A stretch of 64,000 nucleotides of DNA from IMGVR_UViG_3300033141_006329:62001-126000, one strand, 5' to 3'. Shown: positions 48,805-58,034, counted from the first letter of the stretch. Numbers and translations are program-made. Notes: generated from the letters alone by a model not told the origin.

Positions 48805-50261
48805 GGAGGAACAATATGAAAGACATAACTAAATATTTAGAACTATTCAAAAATAAAAGTATTCTTGTACTTGGGGATTTAATGGTTGATGAATATCAAT
48901 GGTGTAAGACTCGAAAAATTTCCCAAGAGGCTCCGGTTCCTGTTGTTAATTTATATAATACAGAATTAAGATTAGGTGGAGCAGGAAATGTCATTAATAA
49001 TATCAGAAGTTTAGGTGGGAATGTTACTGCTGTTGGTACAATTGGAAGCGATATAGAGGGCGATTGGATAATGGATGAGCTGGAAAGAATAGGGGCCGAT
49101 AGCATGGGAGTATTTGTGGATTATAATAAACCCACCATAAAGAAAACTCGAATAATTGCAGGAACCCAACAGATAGTTCGTATAGATAGAGAAGATACAA
49201 AATGCATATCTCCAGATTTAGTTGATGAAATGTTTAAGTTTATGACAGACAATATAGAAGAGTGGGATGCTATATTAATTTCAGATTATGCCAAAGGAAC
49301 TATACTTAATTACCTCGCGATAAATACAATAGGATGGGCAAATGCTAATAATAAATTGGTTATTGTAGATCCTAAAGGTAAAGATTTTTCCAGATATTTT
49401 AATGCTAGTGTTCTTACTCCTAATAGCGAGGAAGTAAAAGAGGCTTACGGGAGTGGCGATATATACAATCTTGGATATAAAATATTTAATGATTTGAAAT
49501 TGTCTCATGGATTACTTGTAACTTTGGGCAAGGATGGAGCCTGGGCATTCACTGAACATAATCAAAAAATAATAAAAACAGATGCTAAAAAAGTTGCAGA
49601 TGTTTCAGGGGCTGGTGATACAATGATAGCAGCATTAACATTAGCAATGTCTTGTGGTATGGATATTTACGATGCATCTAAATTTGCAAACATGGCTGCT
49701 GGAATTTCAGTGGGTAAATTGGGAACATCAACAGTTACTCCAGATGAAATACTAAGTAATGTAAATAGTCTTATAAGTAATGGTAAGCTGAGATCTAGAA
49801 AAGATATTATTAATACTGTTAAGGATCATAGAACAGTTGATAAAAAAATAGCTTTTACGAATGGTTGTTTCGATCTGCTACATGTGGGTCATATTAAGTT
49901 GTTAGAGGAAGCTAAATCATTCGCAGACATTCTGGTAGTGGGTATAAACTCAGATAAATCTATACGACGATTAAAGGGAAGGGATAGACCATTTGTAATA
50001 CAGGAAGAAAGAGCCAAAATTTTATCGGCATTAGAGTATGTGGATTATGTAGTAATTTTTGATGAGGATACACCATCATTATTAATAGAATCTATAAAAC
50101 CAGATATCCTAGTAAAGGGTTCTGATTATATAATAAGTGATATTGCAGGTTCCAATTTCGTAATAGAAAATGGAGGATCTGTTAAATTGGTAGAATTGTT
50201 AGAACATAAATCAACATCAAATATTATTAATTTGGTTAAGAAAGAAGGAGAAATAAGATGA
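48780..50261 (+). CDS. hldE: Bifunctional heptose-7-phosphate kinase / heptose-1-phosphate adenylyltransferase
   Basis: LGDLMVD.Y, ISQEAPVPV, GGAGNV, SDYAKG, VDPKG, TPN, DVSGAGDT; C-terminal FTNGCFDLLHVGH, VGINSD.S..RLKG..RP, STS. Confidence 0.95.
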   Translation: MDRLLWYVRRNNMKDITKYLELFKNKSILVLGDLMVDEYQWCKTRKISQEAPVPVVNLYNTELRLGGAGNVINNIRSLGGNVTAVGTIGSDIEGDWIMDELERIGADSMGVFVDYNKPTIKKTRIIAGTQQIVRIDREDTKCISPDLVDEMFKFMTDNIEEWDAILISDYAKGTILNYLAINTIGWANANNKLVIVDPKGKDFSRYFNASVLTPNSEEVKEAYGSGDIYNLGYKIFNDLKLSHGLLVTLGKDGAWAFTEHNQKIIKTDAKKVADVSGAGDTMIAALTLAMSCGMDIYDASKFANMAAGISVGKLGTSTVTPDEILSNVNSLISNGKLRSRKDIINTVKDHRTVDKKIAFTNGCFDLLHVGHIKLLEEAKSFADILVVGINSDKSIRRLKGRDRPFVIQEERAKILSALEYVDYVVIFDEDTPSLLIESIKPDILVKGSDYIISDIAGSNFVIENGGSVKLVELLEHKSTSNIINLVKKEGEIR

Positions 50262-50563
50262 AAGTATTATATTTGGATTTATATTTCAAGTTGCCCGATG
50301 ATTTTAAGGGAGGCATTAATAATGCATTAAGAGAATTGATAAAATATAGAGAATCTAAAGGATTATCAGGAGCTTTTATAACTATTGATGATACAGATTC
50401 GCCCAAAGAAGAGAAGATTATCGAAGAAGCACATACAGACATATTGTGGGAGAAATTTTTAGAAAAAACAAAAGATGACAATATTAATATTATTGGGCGT
50501 GGTAGCTGTAATCATTGGGGTGGTAAAAAGTGGATAAATTTAGATGATGAAGGAGAGGATTAA
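50258..50563 (+). CDS. Hypothetical protein
   Basis: 101 aa; ATGA overlap with hldE. Confidence 0.55.
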   Translation: MKVLYLDLYFKLPDDFKGGINNALRELIKYRESKGLSGAFITIDDTDSPKEEKIIEEAHTDILWEKFLEKTKDDNINIIGRGSCNHWGGKKWINLDDEGED

Positions 50564-50566
50564 AAA

Positions 50567-50983
50567 ATGAGAAAACAATTTTGTGTAATATGTATAATGT
50601 TAATATTATTAATAGTTACGTCGAGCATCAGTTGCGCCAAACTAAATGTAATTTCACCAGAAGTGCTAGTCAATGTATACCAAAAAAACCCTGTCAGAGG
50701 TGATTTAATTTACAGGGATAATCTTATTACTCTAAGGGCGGAGGTAGTAGGTATAAATAAACCTGCTAAAGATGTTATCTTTTTGGATATAGGTTATAGT
50801 ATATTATGTTTTTTTGATATTAAAGAAGAGTGGGCTGTATCACAATTAGAAATAGGAGATAAGATTTTGATTGAGGGATTTTTTATGGGTTGTTATAATG
50901 GTATGTTTGTCATCGAAAAATCAAAAATATTGGAAGAGGATAGTTATGAACCAGGACCAATATTAGAGAAAGAGGATTTATAG
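50567..50983 (+). CDS. Exported OB-fold (tRNA_anti-like) protein, possible lipoprotein
   Basis: Hydrophobic signal ending ISC; Y..N....D..Y....I.L...V..I; GD.I.I.G...G. Confidence 0.6.
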   Translation: MRKQFCVICIMLILLIVTSSISCAKLNVISPEVLVNVYQKNPVRGDLIYRDNLITLRAEVVGINKPAKDVIFLDIGYSILCFFDIKEEWAVSQLEIGDKILIEGFFMGCYNGMFVIEKSKILEEDSYEPGPILEKEDL

Positions 50984-50985
50984 GT

Positions 50986-51612
50986 ATGAAATTGATGTCA
51001 TATGATATAGAAATTGCAAATGAGATAAAGGACGTTCCTGGGGGATGGGGGAATAATTGGGGCATGGGATTAGGGTCTGTAATAGTTTACTCTTACGATG
51101 AGGATAAGTATTACGAATACTTACACAACGCATCACGGGACGAGATAAAAGCAAAACTAAACGGCAACAGAGTTATAACTTTCAATGGCCTCAATTTTGA
51201 CTCAAAGGTACTTCTAGGAAACAAACGAATCCTAAGTCCAGGCCCTACAGAGTTCTCAGTTACTGTTACATCTGAGGACGGGGCAACATCATGGGTAGAA
51301 TTTGATATATTCACACATTGTCTAAAAGATATTAATAGATGTCAGACCCTTCTAGAATCCACCAGAAAAAGATCTAGAGGTGGGAATAAATTAGATGACT
51401 ATGCATTGAATACATTAGGAGAAGAATTTGGGAAAACAGGTCATGGTAAGGACGCACCAATTATGTATAAAAATGGAGAATATGAGAAACTCATAGAATA
51501 TAATCGACAAGATGTACTTATAACCAAACTATTATTTGACTTCGCTAGAAAGAATGGTTATCTTATTAATGGTTATGGTAAGAGAGTTAATATACAAATG
51601 AGGAGAAGTTAG
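50986..51612 (+). CDS. RNase H-like DEDD 3'-5' exonuclease (YprB/RNase_H_2-like)
   Basis: YDIEI, TFNG..FD, FDI, KLD..A..TLG..K.G.G..A...Y..G....L..YN..DV. Confidence 0.8.
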   Translation: MKLMSYDIEIANEIKDVPGGWGNNWGMGLGSVIVYSYDEDKYYEYLHNASRDEIKAKLNGNRVITFNGLNFDSKVLLGNKRILSPGPTEFSVTVTSEDGATSWVEFDIFTHCLKDINRCQTLLESTRKRSRGGNKLDDYALNTLGEEFGKTGHGKDAPIMYKNGEYEKLIEYNRQDVLITKLLFDFARKNGYLINGYGKRVNIQMRRS

Positions 51613-51629
51613 ATAGCATCATCAAAAAC

Positions 51630-51653
51630 CCACCACAACAACTGGACAAATTA
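51630..51653 (+). promoter_or_regulatory. Class 1 element
   Basis: CCACCACAACAACTGGACAAATTA. Confidence 0.7.
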
Positions 51654-51685
51654 AAAACAATTAAAGCATATAGGAGGACTAAATT

Positions 51686-51874
51686 ATGACAGTATATGAA
51701 GAAGCTATTGTTAAATCTCGGGTAGAAACTGCCGAAAATAGAATACGTGCTATTCATAATGAAAGGGAATCACAAAAGATTTTTGGTAAAAAGAATTATC
51801 TGTCTTATGATAGTAAAAATTTTATAAATATGATTAATTTGTTTAGAAATAAGTTTAAAGATATATCTATATAA
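51686..51874 (+). CDS. Small hypothetical protein
   Basis: 62 aa; GGAGG RBS behind the 51630 motif. Confidence 0.5.
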   Translation: MTVYEEAIVKSRVETAENRIRAIHNERESQKIFGKKNYLSYDSKNFINMINLFRNKFKDISI

Positions 51875-51878
51875 AAAT

Positions 51879-51902
51879 CCGGCCTAGTAACTGGACAAAC
51901 TA
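51879..51902 (+). promoter_or_regulatory. Class 1 element upstream of ASCH/polB
   Basis: CCGGCCTAGTAACTGGACAAACTA. Confidence 0.7.
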
Positions 51903-51932
51903 AAAACATAAATCATATAGGAGGGGATAAAA

Positions 51933-52250
51933 ATGAATAGAGCAATGCAAGCTATTTTAATAGCAGGAACAAAAATGAAAGAAGATGTTTTATATGGGAG
52001 AAAGAAAATAACCATTAGAGAAGGTCATAAAGACTATACTGGGGGCCCAGTACTGATAGGATGTGATTTACTAAATTGGGCTACGCGGAAAAAAATAATT
52101 AGTGTGAGATATACCACAGTAGGTGAAGTTACAAATAAGGAGTGCATGGATGATGGAATTGGTGCTAATTTAAATTTAATGATAGAGCTTCAAAAATATT
52201 ATCCAAATCTCACAATGGATTCACCTGTAACTGTAATTAGGTGGGAATAG
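51933..52250 (+). CDS. ASCH-domain protein
   Basis: G.K.ITIR.G, V....V.EVT..E...DG, VTVI.W. Confidence 0.7.
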   Translation: MNRAMQAILIAGTKMKEDVLYGRKKITIREGHKDYTGGPVLIGCDLLNWATRKKIISVRYTTVGEVTNKECMDDGIGANLNLMIELQKYYPNLTMDSPVTVIRWE

Positions 52251-52254
52251 CCCA

Positions 52255-53040
52255 GTGAATGAAAAAGAATCCATAGATATTATCCTAGAAAAATCTAAAG
52301 TAATACAAGATGTCCTGAATAATGAATTAATAACCCAGTTTGCTAAGTTACATAATATACCAGACAAATATAATAAATTCTATATGAAGCAAGAGATTGT
52401 AGCGAAACGAGGATATTTTCTAGATGTTAAAAAGAAGTATGCACTATGGATAGTTAATAAGGAAGGAGTTCCTGTCAATGAATATGAAATAAAAGGACTA
52501 GTAACAAGACGTTCTGATTATCCAAGACTGACCAAAGAGAGACTAGTCACTATATTTGATCTATTATTAAAACATGATAAAATCTCATTCAAAAAAATAT
52601 CAGAGTATATAAAAGAGACCGAATTTGAAATAAGAGATCGTATAGCTAAAGGTGATAAATCAATAGCTAAACCTGTATCATATTCTAAAGATATTGCCCA
52701 ATATAAAAAATTACCAGAACAGATTATAGGTATGGAATTATGGAATACATTAGAGTACAAACACTTTGTTGTGGGCACTAAGGGTTATAGATTCAGAATT
52801 AAAGGTGTAGATACTTATACTGCACCAGAGAAAATCAAAAGAAAACTAAATAAAATAAAAGATGTTAAATGGATAGTATTACCTTATGACGAAGAGAAGC
52901 TGCCAGATTATTACGTTATAGATATCGATGCCATGTTGGAATTTGCTTGGACTAAAAGAGTAGATGAGTTACTCAAGCCTATAATTAGTAGGGTTAGTAA
53001 AAGAGAGAAATTTAAAAATAAAAAATTGACAACGTTTTAG
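52255..53040 (+). CDS. Family B DNA polymerase, C-terminal subunit (palm remainder plus thumb)
   Basis: KQEIV..RG.F..KKKYA, EIKGL..RRSD; GTG start. Confidence 0.85.
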   Translation: MNEKESIDIILEKSKVIQDVLNNELITQFAKLHNIPDKYNKFYMKQEIVAKRGYFLDVKKKYALWIVNKEGVPVNEYEIKGLVTRRSDYPRLTKERLVTIFDLLLKHDKISFKKISEYIKETEFEIRDRIAKGDKSIAKPVSYSKDIAQYKKLPEQIIGMELWNTLEYKHFVVGTKGYRFRIKGVDTYTAPEKIKRKLNKIKDVKWIVLPYDEEKLPDYYVIDIDAMLEFAWTKRVDELLKPIISRVSKREKFKNKKLTTF

Positions 53041-53048
53041 GGGGTTAT

Positions 53049-55577
53049 ATGAAGACATCAAAATTTAGCAACTGCACTAGTTGCCCACTACTAAATCAGA
53101 TTATGGTTCACGGCGAAACAAATGTACCACATGATCTAAGTTTAGTTAAATTATTGATATTAGCAGAAGCCCCTGCTACAAAGGAAGTTGAGTTAGGGTT
53201 ACCTTTAAAGGGTAAAGCCGGTAAAGGATTTCGCAGTAGATTTGAGTCGTCATGTTTGGATACCGTTCCTTATTTTATAAACAATGTAGTCATGTGTGCA
53301 AATCTATATAAAGATCCAGTAACAGGTCGAATTAAAACAGATAATCCACCCTCAGAAGCCGTTGATTGTTGTAAGCCGAATTGGGAAGCATTAGTTAAAA
53401 TTCTACAGCCAGAATATATATTGATAATGGGAGGAACAACTCAAGAAGTATTTGGTATAACAGGAACTATATCAGATTCGAGAGGAAAACTATACCCATA
53501 CCCTGGTGATACTTCAGGAATGAAAACCATACCAAAAGTTTTTCTAACATTCCATCCATCATATATAACTAGAGGAACTGCTCCTAAACATAAGATAGAA
53601 CAATTCAATGAAGATTTCGATACATTATATGAAATGATAACCGGAATCTCAGAGAAACAAGAAAAGAAAAAGACCCAGCGAGCAAAACTAAGTATGACTA
53701 AGCCCTATACATATTCACTACCAAAATGGATCAGAGAAGATGATGTATCTTTGATAGATATACAAAAACACCCAAAGTCAAACACCATTGTATATATATT
53801 CAGAGATAAAGATAATAATAGAAAATACCACACAGATAAATCGGGCGAATATTATTACTATAGAACTGAGGGTAAATTAGGAGATTCACCTGTACTAATA
53901 CCTGTATCTGAAACTGAACTCGTACTGAATAAACCTATATATAATAAACATGAAGCACGATATGAATCTGATAATAAACTGGCACATAAACACTCTATAG
54001 ACTATTACATACAAAGAAAAAATCCTGAAATAAATATACCACTGGTAAAACTATTTTTCGATATAGAAATATATAGTGGTGGATCTTTAGAATTTCCAGA
54101 TCCTAAAGTTGGACCGAAACCTATAAATGCTATATCATTTAAGATAGGAGAAAATCCTGTAAATGTATATTTAGTAAATCCTACAAACCTAATAAAAAAA
54201 GAAGACGTATATAATATAGAAGATAAATTAAAGGATATTAGAACAGATTTTGAAGTTAGTATATTTGATACGGAGAAAAAGTTATTAGAAGCATTTTGCA
54301 AATTAATAAAGACATCAGAACCAGACCTATTAATGACTTGGAATGGTACAGGATTTGATATTCCCTATATTTATAATAGATTAAAAAAGAATTCTATAGA
54401 TCCATCATCTATGTCGCCGTTAGGTTGTACACATATTAATGTACATAGATTTGGAGATATTACTATAATGGGTACCTACCATTTGGATATGTTAGAAGCA
54501 TATAAAGATTTGACAGAAAATAAAAAAGAAACCTATGCTTTGGGTGCAATAGCTGTTGATGAATTGGGAGAAGGAAAAGTAGAATTTGAAGGATCATTGG
54601 ATTTAATATATGAAAAAGATATAGAAAGATTTATCAAATATAGTGGACAAGATACTAATCTATTATATGAGTTAGATGTGAAGAAGGGACATGCCGATTT
54701 AAAAAATGAGTTAAGAAGGGTATGTTCTAGCAATTGGAAAGGAACGGAATCTACAACAGGATTATTGGATCCTTTAGTTATATCGTATGCAAAAAATAAA
54801 GGGATGGTTATTAGAAATTCTGAAATGCATAAATCAAATGAGAAACTTAAGGGTGCATATGTGAAAGTTCCGAACCCTGGTATATATAAATGGTTAGTAG
54901 ATTTTGATTATAGCTCCCTCTATCCTAGTACTATTATATCCTTAAATATAGGTCCAGATACACTCATAGGTAAAATAGATCCTGAGATTGCCAAACATTA
55001 TATATATGGTCGTAAAATTCCTGATAAAGTTGAAGTGAATATAACCCCTATGAATACCTATGATTCAAGGTTTAAAACTATGACTAAAGATGAATTTATA
55101 AAATGGGTAGAGTACAACAATGCTATAGTGAGTATAGTAGGTACAATATTTATGGGCCATGATAAGAAAATTTCATTTATGTCTGAGATTTGTTCATTGT
55201 TATTAGGTACTAGGGCAAAATTAAAAGATAAGATGAACAAAGCAAAGGAAGAGAATGATCCTATATGGAAATTGTTTTATAACCAGCAATGGGCGTATAA
55301 AATTCTTGCCAACTCTCTATATGGAGTTTTGGGTACCTTTTCATTCAGATTATTTAAGTTGGATTTAGCTAAAACTATTACAGGGACAGCACAAGAGGCT
55401 TTGAAGTTTGCTATGCACCATACATCAAAGTATATGAAGACAGGGGAGAAAACTGTAGATTTGGATTATATTGATGGGGATTTTGATAGGGATATACCTT
55501 ACGTAATATACGGAGATACAGATAGTAATTTTATAAATATTGCAGAATATCTTATTAATCAAAATATTAATATATAA
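53049..55577 (+). CDS. polB: Family-4 UDG-like domain fused to family B DNA polymerase (exonuclease plus palm motifs A-C), lacking the C-terminus
   Basis: C..CPL, AEAP, G.AG, NVV.C, FHPSY (UDG4); FDIE, WNG..FDIPY, Y.L..., Y...D (exo); DYSSLYPS, KILANSLYG, YGDTDS, then stop 16 aa later. Confidence 0.9.
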   Translation: MKTSKFSNCTSCPLLNQIMVHGETNVPHDLSLVKLLILAEAPATKEVELGLPLKGKAGKGFRSRFESSCLDTVPYFINNVVMCANLYKDPVTGRIKTDNPPSEAVDCCKPNWEALVKILQPEYILIMGGTTQEVFGITGTISDSRGKLYPYPGDTSGMKTIPKVFLTFHPSYITRGTAPKHKIEQFNEDFDTLYEMITGISEKQEKKKTQRAKLSMTKPYTYSLPKWIREDDVSLIDIQKHPKSNTIVYIFRDKDNNRKYHTDKSGEYYYYRTEGKLGDSPVLIPVSETELVLNKPIYNKHEARYESDNKLAHKHSIDYYIQRKNPEINIPLVKLFFDIEIYSGGSLEFPDPKVGPKPINAISFKIGENPVNVYLVNPTNLIKKEDVYNIEDKLKDIRTDFEVSIFDTEKKLLEAFCKLIKTSEPDLLMTWNGTGFDIPYIYNRLKKNSIDPSSMSPLGCTHINVHRFGDITIMGTYHLDMLEAYKDLTENKKETYALGAIAVDELGEGKVEFEGSLDLIYEKDIERFIKYSGQDTNLLYELDVKKGHADLKNELRRVCSSNWKGTESTTGLLDPLVISYAKNKGMVIRNSEMHKSNEKLKGAYVKVPNPGIYKWLVDFDYSSLYPSTIISLNIGPDTLIGKIDPEIAKHYIYGRKIPDKVEVNITPMNTYDSRFKTMTKDEFIKWVEYNNAIVSIVGTIFMGHDKKISFMSEICSLLLGTRAKLKDKMNKAKEENDPIWKLFYNQQWAYKILANSLYGVLGTFSFRLFKLDLAKTITGTAQEALKFAMHHTSKYMKTGEKTVDLDYIDGDFDRDIPYVIYGDTDSNFINIAEYLINQNINI

Positions 55578-55591
55578 TCAATGAGAATAAT

Positions 55592-55615
55592 CCACACGTG
55601 TGAGTGGACAAATTA
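55592..55615 (+). promoter_or_regulatory. Class 1 element upstream of queE-TGT-helicase operon
   Basis: CCACACGTGTGAGTGGACAAATTA. Confidence 0.7.
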
Positions 55616-55639
55616 GAAACAATAAGAGGAGGGAATATC

Positions 55640-55876
55640 ATGTTTAGGGTTATTTATGTTGATATGGACATGAGAGAAAAAACAGATTTAAACATGGCGG
55701 AATCAGAACAAGGCGAACATCATGTGCCACATGTACAAGACTATATTATATTGCAAAAATCTGACTATCATGTAAGATATATGGTTAGAGAAGTTGTACG
55801 TGTATATGAGGGGGTAAAACAAACAGTATATGTAAAATTAATAGATGACAAAGTACATCCTGGAAAATTTGAATAA
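55640..55876 (+). CDS. Hypothetical protein
   Basis: Start moved to MFRVIY (GGAGG RBS). Confidence 0.6.
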   Translation: MFRVIYVDMDMREKTDLNMAESEQGEHHVPHVQDYIILQKSDYHVRYMVREVVRVYEGVKQTVYVKLIDDKVHPGKFE

Positions 55877-55892
55877 TAAGGAGGGATTAACC

Positions 55893-56639
55893 ATGACTAG
55901 AGTAGTAGAACATTTTGAATCTATACAAGGAGAAGGACCATATGCAGGAACACCTTCTTACTTTATACGATTGTCTGGATGCATTTTAAAGTGTCCGTTC
56001 TGTGATTCAAAATTCGCATGGAGTAAAGACGCAGGCGAACCTTTAAAAGATATAAATATAAATATACCTGAACAGTATGAACATATTGTAGTATCTGGAG
56101 GAGAACCGTTTATACATATGGGTGATCCAGAGTTTATATCACTTATGCAAAAATATGGTAAAACAAAAAGAATATCATTTGAGACTACTGCTATACAATC
56201 CTTAGATCAATTTCCATCAAGTATCATTATTACTATATATAAATCATTGCGAAAACTCAAATTCCCTGTAGATTTTAAACACCCAGCATATATCATATCT
56301 CCAAAACTTGGAAAAGAATCGTATCCAAAAGGTATTAGCGAAAACGATATATTTATCCATTACCAATTAGAACAAGAATATTCAGATATAACCAAGAAAA
56401 ATGTATTTTATAAAATTATATTTGAGGAATCTAAATATAGTATAATAAAAGCATTTATCAACCAAATTCCATCATGGTTTTTAGACAATGTGTATATAAT
56501 GCCAATGACACCTATACCATACAATCATGATGAGTACATAAAAAATTGTAAATCAACAGTAGAATTTTGTAAAGAAATAGGAATTAGATATACGCCTAGA
56601 ATTCACATAGATATCTATGGTGTCAGACAAGGCGTTTAG
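55893..56639 (+). CDS. queE: 7-carboxy-7-deazaguanine synthase QueE (radical SAM)
   Basis: F.SIQGEG...G.P..FIRL.GC.L.C.FCDS, VVSGGEP, ET, SPK, MP, PR.H. Confidence 0.85.
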   Translation: MTRVVEHFESIQGEGPYAGTPSYFIRLSGCILKCPFCDSKFAWSKDAGEPLKDININIPEQYEHIVVSGGEPFIHMGDPEFISLMQKYGKTKRISFETTAIQSLDQFPSSIIITIYKSLRKLKFPVDFKHPAYIISPKLGKESYPKGISENDIFIHYQLEQEYSDITKKNVFYKIIFEESKYSIIKAFINQIPSWFLDNVYIMPMTPIPYNHDEYIKNCKSTVEFCKEIGIRYTPRIHIDIYGVRQGV

Positions 56640-56648
56640 GAGGAAAAA

Positions 56649-58034
56649 TTGAAAAAATCAGGATTTGTAGCAGCCGGGCTACCCGCGTTACGGCAGCATT
56701 TAAATTGTATACTAAAGCATAACCCAGAGCATTTCACCGAGAAAGCTCTGAACGATTTCTTATTAGAGAATTGTAACAAATTTCTAACCAGCATCGGTAT
56801 AAGTATCGATAAAAAGAAGCCAGATGATATGGCAATATTTAAGAGGTATCAACGAAAATTTGATAGCTTTAAGAATACTGGATTTTTGAATAATTGTGAT
56901 ATAATGATTGATTCCGCAGGGTTTCAATTTCAAATTGGGGTATTGCCAAAAAGTTTTGTCCCTAAATTTATTGATGGTTATCACGATTTTCTTATAAATA
57001 ATTATGGGAGATATTCTCAAGCTTTTGTATTCGATCCAGTTCCAGGTGCTACTAAATCCATTATAGATTCCTACAAAGAAATGAAAGATTTAAATATGAT
57101 GTCTTATCAAAAAGCCGCCAATTTACCCGCCCATGTAAAGAGGTCTATGATGTATATACATCACTTCCGTACTCCAAAGATAAATAAATTATTTAAGGAA
57201 ATGTTATTTGAACATAATTTAGCAGATGGTTTTGGTAGCTTTGCAACAGGAGGATTGGTTTCCTTTCTATCTAGTTCTCAGGGAAATCCTCCCTGTAATA
57301 TGTATGTTATCCCACTCATAGATATATTAACATATGCTCTTAAAAATGGTCTAAAATCGCTCAGATTTCACGTTCTAGGCGATAGTGATTGGAAGTCGGT
57401 ATTATTCCATAAGTTCATAGAAAGACACGTTAAAGAAGTACATGACATCGATATAGAGGTGACATACGATAGTACAACAATACAAAAAACATTTATGATG
57501 GGTAGGTATTTATTTGTTCCATCTTATAAAGATAAATCTATATGGAAAATGTTTCTTAAATCAGATGGTCTACACATGAGATGGAAAGATGAGGGAAGTG
57601 TTTTAGATTATTACTATAAATTAATGGGAAATATATCTGATGAATATGGATTTAAAAAATTGAATCCACAAGATGATCCCATTTATATAAATAATGGTAT
57701 AAAGACTCATAGAGTAGCATATGCTTTTGCCATATTACATGTATTAAAATTGTTTAGAGTCTGTAGTGAATGGTGTGAGGATTATGTAGATCAATTATAT
57801 CCCCTCTATCAGAATGGACAAATTACAAAGTTTGATACTGAAGTAGAAAATATAATGTTAAAGTTTAACAATGGGAAGTTATCAAACGCCATAAGCGGTA
57901 GAACATCTGCGACATACAATTCATTAAAAATGATAGAAAATTTAGATATAGATTATTGTAATTATCTAGTGGATAGATATATGTCGATAGATGAGGCTGC
58001 GTCACTAAAAAATTATAAAGAGTCCACATTTTAG
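56649..58034 (+). CDS. Divergent TGT-fold protein, DpdA-like (candidate DNA deazaguanine transglycosylase)
   Basis: IDSAGFQ (cf. TGT DSGG(F/Y)Q), FD, YIHH, ATGGLV, FHVLG, YDSTT in TGT order; between queE and helicase. Confidence 0.6.
   Translation: MKKSGFVAAGLPALRQHLNCILKHNPEHFTEKALNDFLLENCNKFLTSIGISIDKKKPDDMAIFKRYQRKFDSFKNTGFLNNCDIMIDSAGFQFQIGVLPKSFVPKFIDGYHDFLINNYGRYSQAFVFDPVPGATKSIIDSYKEMKDLNMMSYQKAANLPAHVKRSMMYIHHFRTPKINKLFKEMLFEHNLADGFGSFATGGLVSFLSSSQGNPPCNMYVIPLIDILTYALKNGLKSLRFHVLGDSDWKSVLFHKFIERHVKEVHDIDIEVTYDSTTIQKTFMMGRYLFVPSYKDKSIWKMFLKSDGLHMRWKDEGSVLDYYYKLMGNISDEYGFKKLNPQDDPIYINNGIKTHRVAYAFAILHVLKLFRVCSEWCEDYVDQLYPLYQNGQITKFDTEVENIMLKFNNGKLSNAISGRTSATYNSLKMIENLDIDYCNYLVDRYMSIDEAASLKNYKESTF

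Noticed and set aside
52255-55600. Split intein, group I intron or stop-codon recoding explaining the split PolB
   Set aside because: No intein N/C motifs, no intronic spacer, the halves are in reversed order, and other genes read intact in the standard code
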